From Macrostomum lignano (Eukaryota), in NCBI GenBank assembly GCA_002269645.1, contig NIVC01004023.1, positions 52 to 64,051 of the forward strand: 64,000 nucleotides of DNA, read 5' to 3'. Position 1 is the first letter of the stretch. Each line of letters starts with the position of its first letter. A program made the position numbers and the translations under genes. Positions 13,701 through 24,697 of the stretch are shown in pieces. The notes below the pieces were generated by a model. The model did not search any database and was not told where the DNA came from. It worked only from the letters and a program-made list of their open reading frames with translations.

Positions 13701-16195
13701 TTGGATGGGGGCGATTCTCATTGGAATGGGAGCGATTCTCATTGGGGTGGGGGCGATTCTCATTGGAATGGGAGCGATTCTCATTGGGATGGGAGCGATT
13801 CTCATTGGAATGGGAGCGATTCTCATTGGAATGGGAGCGATTCTCATTGGGATGGGGGCGATTCTCATTGGGATGGGGGCGATTCTCATTGGGGTGGGGG
13901 CGATTCTCATTGGGTGGGGGCGATTCTCATTGGAATGGGAGCGATTCTCATTGGGATGGGAGCGATTCTCATTGGAATGGGAGCGATTCTCATTGGAATG
14001 GGAGCGATTCTCATTGGGATGGGGGCGATTCTCATTGGGATGGGGGCGATTCTCATTGGGATGGGAGCGATTCTCATTGGGATAAGGGCGATTCTCATTG
14101 GGATGGGGGCGATTCTCATTGGAATGGGAGCGATTCTCATTGGGGTGGGGGCGATTCTCATTGGAATGGGAGCGATTCTCATTGGGATGGGAGCGATTCT
14201 CATTGGAATGGGAGCGATTCTCATTGGAATGGGAGCGATTCTCATTGGATGGGGGCGATTCTCATTGGGATGGGGGCGATTCTCATTGGGATGGGAGCGA
14301 TTCTCATTGGGATAGGGGCGATTCTCATTGGATGGGGGCGATTCTCATTGGGATGGGAGCGATTCTCATTGGAATGGGAGCGATTCTCATTGGGATGGGA
14401 GCGATTCTCATTGGAATGGGGGCGATTCTCATTGGGATGGGAGCGATTCTTACTGGGATGGGAGCGATTCTCATTGGGATGGGAGCGATTCTCATTGGGA
14501 TGGGGGCGATTCTCATTGGGATGGGAGCGATTCTCATTGGAATGGGGGCGATTCTCATTGGGATGGGAGCGATTCTTACTGGGATGGGAGCGATTCTCAT
14601 TGGAATGGGGGCGATTCTCATTGGGATGGGGCGATTCTCATTGGGATGGGGGCGATTCTCATTGGGATGGGAGCGATTCTCATTGGAATGGGAGCGATTC
14701 TCATTGGAATGGGAGCGATTATTATTGGAATGGGAGCGATTCTCATTGGGATGGGAGCGATTCTCGTTGGGATGGGGGCGATTCTCATTGAGATGGGAGC
14801 GATTCTCATTGGGATGGGAGCGATTCTCATTGGAATGGGGGCGATTCTCATTGGGATGGGAGCGATTCTCATTGGGATGGGAGCGATTCTCATTGGAATG
14901 GGGCGATTCTCATTGGGATGGGAGCGATTCTCATTGGGATGGGAGCGATTCTCATTGGAATGGGGGCGATTCTCATTGGGATGGGAGCGATTCTTACTGG
15001 GATGGGAGCGATTCTTACTGGGATGGGGCGATTCTCATTGGGATGGGGGCGATTCTCATTGGGATGGGAGCGATTCTCATTGGAATGGGGGCGATTCTCA
15101 TTGGGATGGGAGCGATTCTTACTGGGATGGGAGCGATTCTTACTGGGATGGGGCGATTCTCATTGGGATGGGGGCGATTCTAATTGGGATGGGAGCGATT
15201 CTCATTGGAATGGGGGCGATTCTCATTGGGGTGGGGGCGATTCTCAGTGGGATGGGAGCGATTCTCATTGGGATGGGGGCGATTCTCATTGGGATGGGAG
15301 CGATTCTTACTGGGATGGGAGCGATTCTTACTGGGATGGGACGATTCTCATTGGGATGGGAGCGATTCTCATTGGGATGGGAGCGATTCTTACTGGGATG
15401 GGAGCGATTCTTACTGGGATGGGAGCGATTCTTACTGGGATGGGGCGATTCTCATTGGGATGGGAGCGATTCTCATTGGGATGGGAGCGATTCTTACTGG
15501 GATGAGAGCGATTCTCATTGGAATGGGGGCGATTCTCATTGGAATGGGGGCGATTCTCATTGGGATGAGAGCGATTCTCATTGGGATGGGAGCGATTCTT
15601 ACTGGGTTGGGGCGAATTTCATTGGGGTGGGGGCGATTCTCATTGGGATGGGAGCGATTCTTACTGGGATGGGGCGATTCTCATTGGGGTGGGGGCGATT
15701 CTCATTGGGATGGGAGCGATTCTTACTGGGATGGGGCGATTCTCATTGGGGTGGGGGCGATTCTCAGTGGGATGGAGCGATTCTGATTGGGGTGGGGGCG
15801 ATTCTCAGTGAGATTATCAGTCAAGTGGAGACTCTTGCCTAGACTTCAGTAAGTGGTTATAAATCAATAATCATCCAAAATAAACAAACCTGGGTCTGAG
15901 AGACATCCGAAAACAGTCCACCACTGTTGCCGCCGGCGGCCTCGGGCGCCGCAGCAGGTCTCGTGGTCGTGGCTGCGTCGGCACTGCACAGGCTGTCGAA
16001 CACGGAGCTGGTGCAATTAGTAGTTGCCGCCTGGTCAGGCCGGGCAGTCAGCTCGCCGACCTGTTCGCCGGTTTTGGAAGCGGCTGCCGCCAGAGCCCGC
16101 GAGCACATGGCGCAGAACTGGGCCCGTCTGCCAGGCAGCCCGGCCTGCGGCGTTGGCAGCGGCTGTGGCTGCTGCTGGCGCATTGGCGATTGGCT
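10748..16195 (-). CDS. Partial gene for an uncharacterised single-pass membrane protein with a PPSY motif in the cytoplasmic tail
   Basis: An exon from about 16195 to 15890 (donor CAG|GTTTGT, phase 0) joins exon 11149-10748 (acceptor CCAG|GTA, phase 0). This gives ...SQTQ|VFIVVLGAGLIILVLLALDSVFRRQRIACMRRCC...TLPPSYASCMHPERTDL*: hydrophobic helix, basic stop-transfer, Cys cluster, PPxY. 5' exons not resolved. Confidence 0.65.
11213..15808. repeat. 4.6-kb 21-bp G-rich minisatellite (ATTCTCATTGGGATGGGRGCG)n filling one intron
   Basis: Direct tandem units, with rare variant units recurring in higher-order blocks. Confidence 0.97.
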
Positions 16196-16299
16196 ACAGT
16201 AGCTGGATTACTGGCCACCGGAGTCCGCTTGAAGGAGTTCAAATCAGCGATAATTGCATTGCTGTGTTCAGGGTGTGTTGATTCCAAGTAAAATAATCC

Positions 16300-16635
16300 C
16301 CAGATATCCCAATTCAGATTCCCCAGATATCCCAAATAAGATTCCTCAGATATCCCAATCCAAATTCCCCAGTTATTGAAATCCCAATCTCAATTCACAT
16401 TCCCCAGTTATTGAAATTGCAATCTCAATTCAGATTCCCCAGTTATTGAAATCCCAATCTCAATTCACATTCCCCAGTTATTGAAATTGCAATCTCAATT
16501 CAGATTCCCCAGTTATTGAAATCCCAATCTCAATTCACATTCCCCAGTTATTGAAATCCCAATCTCAATTTAGATTCCCTAGTTATTGAAATCCCAATCT
16601 CAATTCAGATTCCCCAGTTATTGAAATCCCAATCT
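16300..16635. repeat. 35-bp minisatellite (CCCCAGTTATTGAAATCCCAATCTCAATTCAGATT)
   Basis: Direct tandem units. Confidence 0.9.
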
Positions 16636-16974
16636 CCATGCATGCTGGCAACAATTGCAATAATCTACTAAGGAAATGAGCTGAAAAATCCAGGCACTTC
16701 TATTCTTCCTAGGCGTGGCGCAAATCCCATCTGCCAAGGTGCTGCGCCGCGCCGAATAAGCTTTTCAAAGCTGATATTGTCCCTTCTCTAGTCTACTGTT
16801 TACTGGTCTATATTGTCCTAAAAGCGGCATATTACTATTTTCAATACGATTGTATCAATTAGACAAAATACTATGTGGGGACTCGGATGGCCTTCAAACA
16901 GAATGAAACAAAATTTGTTATGAATTTGACAGATTTTTACATGACAGGAAACGAGGCAAATAAACATGGATAGA

Positions 16975-17710
16975 CACAGACGGCAGACACAGACAGACAG
17001 ACAGACACTAAGACAGTCGGACAGGCAGACACTAAGACAGTCGGACAGGCAGACACAAAGTCAGACGGACAGACAGACACAAAGTCAGACGGACAGACAG
17101 ACACTAAGACAGTCGGACAGACAGACACTAAGACAGACGGACAGACAGACACTAAGACAGTCGGACAGGCAGACACAAAGTCAGACGGACAGACAGACAC
17201 AAAGTCAGACGGACAGACAGACACTAAGACAGTCGGACAGACAGACACTAAGACAGTCGGACAGACAGACACTAAGTCAGACGGACAGACAGACACTAAG
17301 ACAGTCGGACAGGCAGACACAAAGTCAGACGGACAGACAGACACTAAGACAGTCGGACAGACAGACACTAAGTCAGACACAGACAGACAGACACTAAGTC
17401 AGACGGACAGACAGACACTAAGACAGTCGGACAGACAGACACTAAGTCAGATATTAAGACAGACAGACAGACAGACAGACAAACAAACAAACAAACAAAA
17501 AGACAGACAGACAGACAGAGAGACAGACAGACAAAAACGAAAAGACAGACAGACAGACAGAGAGACAGACAGACAAAAACGAAAAGACAGACACTAAGAT
17601 AGACAGCAGACAGAGAGACAGACAGGCAAGCAGACACTAAGACAGACAGACAGACAGACAAAAGCAGAGACAAACAAACAAAAAGACAGACAGACAAACA
17701 AACAGACACA
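16975..17710. repeat. GACA-derived compound repeat (24-bp GACAGACAGACACTAAGACAGTCG-type units)
   Basis: Direct reading. Confidence 0.9.
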
Positions 17711-18854
17711 CAGACCAGGTCAGGATCAGCAATAGGATATAAATCACACAGCAGCTTAGCCCCTAAGCGACACAGGACATTTTTCTGTCTCACCTAAAAA
17801 TACCGTCCGCAGCAAAGCAAGCGAAGCCAGACAACGCGAGTAAAATTAGCTAGAAACAGAAAGAGAAGACGAAAGCCAGAAAGTCACAAGCAGATGAGCA
17901 GAAGCCGCGCCGAGAGCTTTAAAATGGCCCAAGAGATGGGGTGGGGCTGCAGGGAGACTAAAGCCGCTCGTTTTACAAAAAGAGAGGAGGCGGATGAAGC
18001 GAGGCCGTGTCGAACAGTATATATAGTGAAGCTGCGGGGCCCGTCTCTACAGATAGAGTTAATAGGAAGAGAGACACGGCGGCTCCGTGTGCAACAGTGA
18101 GACACACTGCGACAGGCGCCCAAGCCAATGATAAATGAAAGGTGGGGATTGAGAGCGGGAAAGAGAGATTCTACTTTCGCCTTTGAATTCAGAGATAAGG
18201 AGTCACGTGCTCAGCTATAGGGCACGGGGAGTAAATGAGAACAAGATGGACTGCCTCTCTAGCCGATCCTAATTATCGCAATTAAACTTTTTTTTCTAAG
18301 GGAAATTGCTTCATTACTGACCATAAATGGAAGGTGACCAGCTTACAGCCATCTATTTACCAGTAATAAGAGCAATATCGTATTGTATAGAAGCGTGTGA
18401 ACTCTGACAATGGAGACAATAGGGAATTCTTTAATGGCCAGCCCAAGCAACGAACAAAGAAGCATCAGAGTAACAAAGAAGCATTTATTCCGACAGACAA
18501 TTCACATTCAGTCCGAGACTTGAAAGAATTTTTAAAACCCGAAACCCCATTTCCGTCCCAAGTTCGGCTTAAAAGCTGTTAAAAAACTTTGACGAAGTAC
18601 TCATTCCTATGTTTTTAGCGTAAAAGTTAAGATCAATCGATAGCCTTTTGAGGTGCGAATTTGGGAAGCTACCGCTTGCTTTTACCGCGCCTACGTTTCA
18701 ATTAAGCCCTGTTAATTGCATGCACAGGGAAATACGGCTAAGGACGTTAAAAGGGCAGACAGACACTTTCAAAGGCTGGACAGGGAGCCAAGAATGACCC
18801 CTACAGTGACAGAGACAGGCAGACATGTTGGAAAACATTTAGACAAGCAGAAGA

Positions 18855-19010
18855 TAGACGGACGGACAGACAGACAGAGAGACAGACAGACAGACAGACA
18901 CTAAGACAGACAGACAGACAAACAAACTGACAGACACACAGATACAGACAGACAGATACAGACAGACAGACAGATACAGACAGACAGATACAGACAGACA
19001 CAGGCAGACA
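18855..19010. repeat. Degenerate (GACA)n/(GATACA)n microsatellite
   Basis: Direct reading. Confidence 0.85.
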
Positions 19011-19614
19011 GATACACGGACAATTTTCACAGGTGAAATCATAGGTCAAGCAGGGTATCATGTGATCCTGACGAGAGAATGGCCCATCCGCAACATACTA
19101 ATTGGGAAGAAGAGGCCGGTAGAGAATGTCAAGCCGCTGACGTCATGCATCACAGCCCGATGCGGCCTAGGAAAGGCAGCGATTGTATCCGTCTGCAGAT
19201 TACAGGGCAGGGACGCGGCGCGGTTAAACAAGCAGAGCTAGTGGAAAACCGCACAAATTAATGCAACAAGGGACAGCCGACCTGACAGGTGGCAAAGAAT
19301 TGCGTATAAGATCTGCATCCGCACGCCTATCGAGTTAAAGGAAAATTCTAGTGCACAACAACATCTCCTGAGACGCTCAATGAATGAAAGTGCAACGTGA
19401 GTAGCCAAATATGAGCAGTGTTAACGTAAACAAAAATCCCTTTTGGCTATCGATAAGGGAGTTTCGTATTTAGTTTATTTTTGAGAATTTATGACCTAAG
19501 CAAATTGTTTTCTTTCCTAATTTGAATGCAAAAACCTTATCCTTTTAAGTCTGCGATGTCACCTCAAAAATTATTTCTACAATAACAACAACTTTTCCGT
19601 TTTGCTGTTCTTAA

Positions 19615-20415
19615 CAAGACAGTGCCATTGCGATTCTTAACAAGAATAGTGACATTGCGATTCTTAACAAGAGAGTTACATTGCGATTCTTAAAAAGGGA
19701 GTGACATTGCGATTCTTAAAAAAGGAGTGACATTGCGATTCTTAACAAGAATAGTGACATTGCGATTCTCAACAAGAATAGTGACATTGCGATTCTCAAC
19801 AAGAATAGTGACATTGCGATTCTCAACAAGAATAGTGACATTGCGATTCTTAACAAGAGAGTTACATTGCGATTCTTAAAAAGGGAGTGACATTGCGATT
19901 CTTAAAAAAGGAGTGACATTGCGATTCTTAACAAGAATAGTGACATTGCGATTCTCAACAAGAATAGTGACATTGCGATTCTCAACAAGAATAGTGACAT
20001 TGCGATTCTCAACAAGAATAGTGACATTGCGATTCTTAACAAGAGAGTTACATTGCGATTCTTAAAAAGGGAGTGACATTGCGATTCTTAAAAAAGGAGT
20101 GACATTGCGATTCTTAACAAGAATAGTGACATTGCGATTCTCAACAAGAATAGTGACATTGCGATTCTCAACAAGAATAGTGACATTGCGATTCTCAACA
20201 AGAATAGTGACATTGCGATTCTCAACAAGAATAGTGACATTGCGATTCTCAACAAGAATAGTGACATTGCGATTCTCAACAAGAATAGTGACATTGCGAT
20301 TCTCAACAAGAATAGTGACATTGCGATTCTCAACAAGAATAGTGACATTGCGATTCTCAACAAGAATAGTGACATTGCGATTCTCAACAAGAATAGTGAC
20401 ATTGCGACTCTCAAC
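19615..20415. repeat. 27-bp minisatellite (GTGACATTGCGATTCTCAACAAGAATA)n with a 186-bp higher-order period
   Basis: Variant unit GAGAGTTACATTGCG recurs at 19671, 19857 and 20043. Confidence 0.93.
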
Positions 20416-21773
20416 AGTATTGGCACGCTTGTATGTGCTCAGGTGTCAGCGCAATGAGCAGAATTGCCGTCAGCGCTGGTTGCAAGACAATGTCGTTGAA
20501 GGCGTTGGGCCAGGGTGCCAGAAAATACTACTATAGAAGTTCAGCTGCAGACTATGCTCACAAGCCCTTCCTATTAAGTTCATACAGAAATAAATGACAA
20601 CAAGAAATACTTTTTGGCGAACTAAAATATAAGAGTCACGCTTTGACTTATTAATTATTCAATCAGAATTAGATGGTCAATCAATAGTGTACCAACTAAC
20701 ACATACCAGACCTCCAAAAACAGGAAGGATGGAATGGCAAGCAGGGATTGCAATTATTAAAATACGGTACAGCACTATAAAATTCCCATGATTGCACTCG
20801 ACAATACAGCCAACAGAAAGCTTAAGCCAAATAAACACTTAAAATTGACACAGAGAAAAAATACTGTGCATTTTATTTTTCTAAAACAAAAGCTAGCTAA
20901 TTAAAACTACTGCAAGTAGTGAGAACTCTCTCAAAATAATATTTAAAAAATCGATGCAAAAATTGCGAAAATTTTAGGAAAAAACGGAATTCGATTTTTA
21001 AACAAAATTAGGCAAACAGTAATAGAGAAATGGAGACAATAAAGCGGAATTGCCAACATCCGGAATGGAGTGGATCTGCCCTGTCTGTACGCTCACCGCA
21101 AACTGCATGCAAATAATGATAGATTAATTTTAATTGACACACACAAGCCTAGACGTAACTCAGTTACTACTGCAAAAGGGTTATAAACAGCTTTTACTGA
21201 AAAATACAATACTTTATTTGTTAAAATGAAAAAGGTAGAATACCGATTTAAGAGGTCACAATTAATGTGACATTAACTTCTAAAAAAACTACACACTGCT
21301 ATTCATAGTAGTACGTTAATAGTGTAGAAAATTCCACGGCAAAAGTGCAAGTTTACAACGTCAGCATCATGTTGCCAATAGCAACAAAGCAATACTTATT
21401 GTTTAACCATCACAACCACAGCAACTGCCAAGCACTTTAAACAAACATGGTTGGTGGTTGCTACGAGTATGCTTCATTGAAACATTTGAGGAGATGAATT
21501 GTTCGGACAAATCGAAAGTAATTTCGGTTTCTTTATTTTTCTTTTGTAAAGCAGCTTGCCAGTACATGAAAGTTCATGAAATGAAACTGCTCTCAGCCAA
21601 TGGCTGGGTGATTGGCTCAAGGTTGCGCATATATGGGCTTAGCCTAATGAGAAATTAATAACATGCGTCAGGGTTATGCTATATTTACTGACAAATATAT
21701 AATTACTAAATCAAGTATTGTGTAACCATGGCAACGGATAAAGACTCAGCCTACAATTGTCATCGGCATTAGC

Positions 21774-23162
21774 CTAATTATAGCCCTCCTCCTTCTTGCC
21801 GTGCTTGATCGTGCGCGCAAACTCGGCATAGTCGAATCGGCCGTCGCGAACCGGGGCGCCGTGCAGCAGCTCGTCGACCTGCTCGTCAGTCCACCTGTCG
21901 CCCATAGTGGTGAGCATCTCGCGCAGCTGCTCCTCGGAGATGACGCCAGTTCCTTCCGGATCGAAGCAAGCAAACGCATTTCGAATTGTCTCCTCCGGGT
22001 CGCTGCCGGACATTTTCTCGCCGAACAGAGTGAGGAACATGGTGAAATTGATGGGGCCAGGGGCCTCCGCCAGCATTCTTTCCACGTACGGCTGCAGGCC
22101 GGCTTCGTCGCGGCCGAGAGAGACCAGCATCTCGGACAGATCCTCGCTGTCGATCACGCCGTCCTTGTTCGTGTCGATCATGTTGAATGCCTCCTGGGCG
22201 ATTACGGGTAGGGAGCAAATATTTTATTGGAGATAGACCTTCGATATCTAGATCCCACACCTTTTGACCAATGTATCTATATCATTAATCCTCTAATGGG
22301 ATTTCTATCTCTAATCCTCTATAATGGAATCTCTATTCCAAATCCTCAGAAATGGGATCTCTACCTCTAATCCTCAATATTGAGATTTCTACCCCTTATC
22401 CTCAACAATGGGATTTCTATCACTAATCTTCAATAATGAGATTTCTATCCCTAATCCTCTATAATAGAATCTCTATTCCTAATCCTCAATAATGAGATTT
22501 CTATTCCTAATCCTCAACAATGGGATTCCGATCCCTAATCCTCAACAATGGGATTTCTATCCTTAATCCTCTATAATGGGATTTTTATCTCTAATCCTCA
22601 ACAGTGGAATCTCTATTCCTAATCCTCTATAATAGGATTTCTATCCCTAATCCTCTATAATTGGATTTCTATCCCTAATATACAATAATGGGGAATATCT
22701 ATTCTGAATCTGCGATAGTAGATATTTATTGACCAGCAGCTGCCATACAAAATTCAACTCTAAACAACGAAAACAACAAATAATGACAACAAAAATATTT
22801 GTACAAAGACAGCATTAAAATCCGGGTCGCTTAGATAGTGAAAGGGTGGGACACGATGCTAAGACAGCGATAGAACCCTTTACGACTTCCGTCCACTGGC
22901 CTGCTTATATTAGAAAGCTAAGCAATTTCAGCCGAACAATGCGGACGATAATTGTAAAGGATTCCAGTGCCAACTGTCACAGTGAGTGCGTGGTGGCAGG
23001 TGATGGGGCACAGAGAGGCACAGATGCAGTGCAAGATTGCTTGTTAAACAATTCTACCTTGAACTCCTGCACTGACTGTTCGGTGAACATGCTGAACACA
23101 TTGCTAGTGTATCTCTGCGTCCTCTGCTTTGGACCACGCCGCCTTGTAGCTGCTTTCGACAT
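21774..23162 (-). CDS. MRLC: Myosin regulatory light chain (non-muscle/smooth type, EF-hand), 2 coding exons, 174 aa
   Basis: Exons 23162-23058 ([35 protein letters not shown]) and 22193-21774 ([19 protein letters not shown]...[17 protein letters not shown]...). GT-AG, phase 0, no disruptions. Confidence 0.97.
22285..22700. repeat. Degenerate ~30-bp minisatellite in the MRLC intron
   Basis: Units like CTCTATCCCTAATCCTCAATAATGGGATTT. Confidence 0.85.
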
Positions 23163-23324
23163 TTTGTTGCTCTTGCATGCGAGAAAAGACTTCATAATAA
23201 TAGTTCTTTTTAACTAATGATGCCTAGGGCAACTAACATTCATAAGTAGGGTTTCGAAGTTATCTTATATCCGTATCTGTATCTATATCTCCCTATTTTT
23301 TCTAAATGTAGACTCTTGAGAGGA

Positions 23325-23950
23325 TTGCTGAAGTGCTATGATTTATAGAGAGAATTGTTGGGATTTCAAGGCTCACAGAAGGGAATTGCTGAAATGCTAT
23401 GATTTATAGAGAGAATTGTTGGGATTTCAAGGCTCACAGAAGGGAATTGCTGAAATGCTATGATGTATAGAGAGAATTGCTGGGATTTCAAGGCTCACAG
23501 AAGGGAATTGCTGAAATGCTATGATTTATAGAGAGAATTGTTGGGATTTCAAGGCTCACAGAAGGGAATTGCTGAAATGCTATGATTTATAGAGAGAATT
23601 GTTGGGATTTCAAGGCTCACAGAAGGGAATTGCTGAAATGCTATGATTTATAGAGAGAATTGTTGGGATTTCAAGGCTCACAGAAGGGAATTGCTGAAAT
23701 GCTATGATGTATAGAGAGAATTGCTGGGATTTCAAGGCTCACAGAAGGGAATTGCTGAAATGCTATGATTTATAGAGAGAATTGTTGGGATTTCAAGGCT
23801 CACAGAAGGGAATTGCTGAAATGCTATGATGTATAGAGAGAATTGCTGGGATTTCAAGGCTCACAGAAGGGAATTGCTGAAATGCTATGATGTATAGAGA
23901 GAATTGTTGGGATTTCAAGGCTCACAGAAGGGAATTGCTGAAATGCTATG
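23325..23950. repeat. 61-bp minisatellite, ~10 copies, just upstream of the MRLC start codon
   Basis: ATKTATAGAG recurs at 23341, 23402, 23463 and onward. Confidence 0.95.
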
Positions 23951-24509
23951 GCTCATGGGGATTGCTCAGATGTCTAGAGTTAATAAGGAATTGTGGGTAG
24001 ATCAAGCATCAAAAAGAGTTAAGGGTTAAGGTCAAGCAATGGCTTGAAGGCTTTGATGTTAAACTCAAAGGTGATGCTACCATCATAGGCTTAATAGTCA
24101 GCTTTTAGGTTGGATTTTTCTTGCTTTAAACATTATTTTCCTATAAAAATCTAACAAATTAACTATGTGCAATCAAAAGCTACATATAGAAGATTGTTAA
24201 TAACTTAAACTATACTCTCTAAGTTTAACTTTTCAAGTAGATTTTTTAGCTATATGATTTTTGGCAAAATAATATATTAGCAAATATTTCTTAGGCAAAG
24301 TATTATAATGTTTTAGCAAATTAATGATTTAATAAATTTTAGGGCTGTTTCATTTGAAGATGCAATGCTATCCATTTAAATTTGGCTCTATGTGTGAATT
24401 GACCTATTGGAATAAACCTTTGAAAATATATGGACATGCATCAAGGGTCCAGCAAAAATGTACCACGGGGTCACTTTAAGAGTCACTTTGTTATTATTAC
24501 TTATATTTC

Positions 24510-24697
24510 CAGTGGCGCAACCAGGGGAGGGGGGGGGGGGGGGTGGTCGCCCCCCTTAGGCAGGGGACCAAAAAAAATCAAAGGGGGACCAAGCGAATTT
24601 TTGCCAAAAACAGAGCCACCCCTTCGCCGCCCCCCTCCTGGGACTTTACCCTCCGAATCCGCCCCCCCCCCTTGAAAAATTTCTGGTTGCGCTACTA
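24510..24697. mobile_element. hAT-type MITE, 188 bp
   Basis: 15-bp TIRs CAGTGGCGCAACCAG / CTGGTTGCGCTACTA (2 mismatches). Exact 8-bp TSD TATATTTC at 24502-24509 and 24698-24705. Confidence 0.9.

Noticed and set aside
23325-23950. Regular 27-61-bp arrays resembling CRISPR
   Set aside because: Units are head-to-tail with no unique spacers, there are no cas genes, and the context is eukaryotic.
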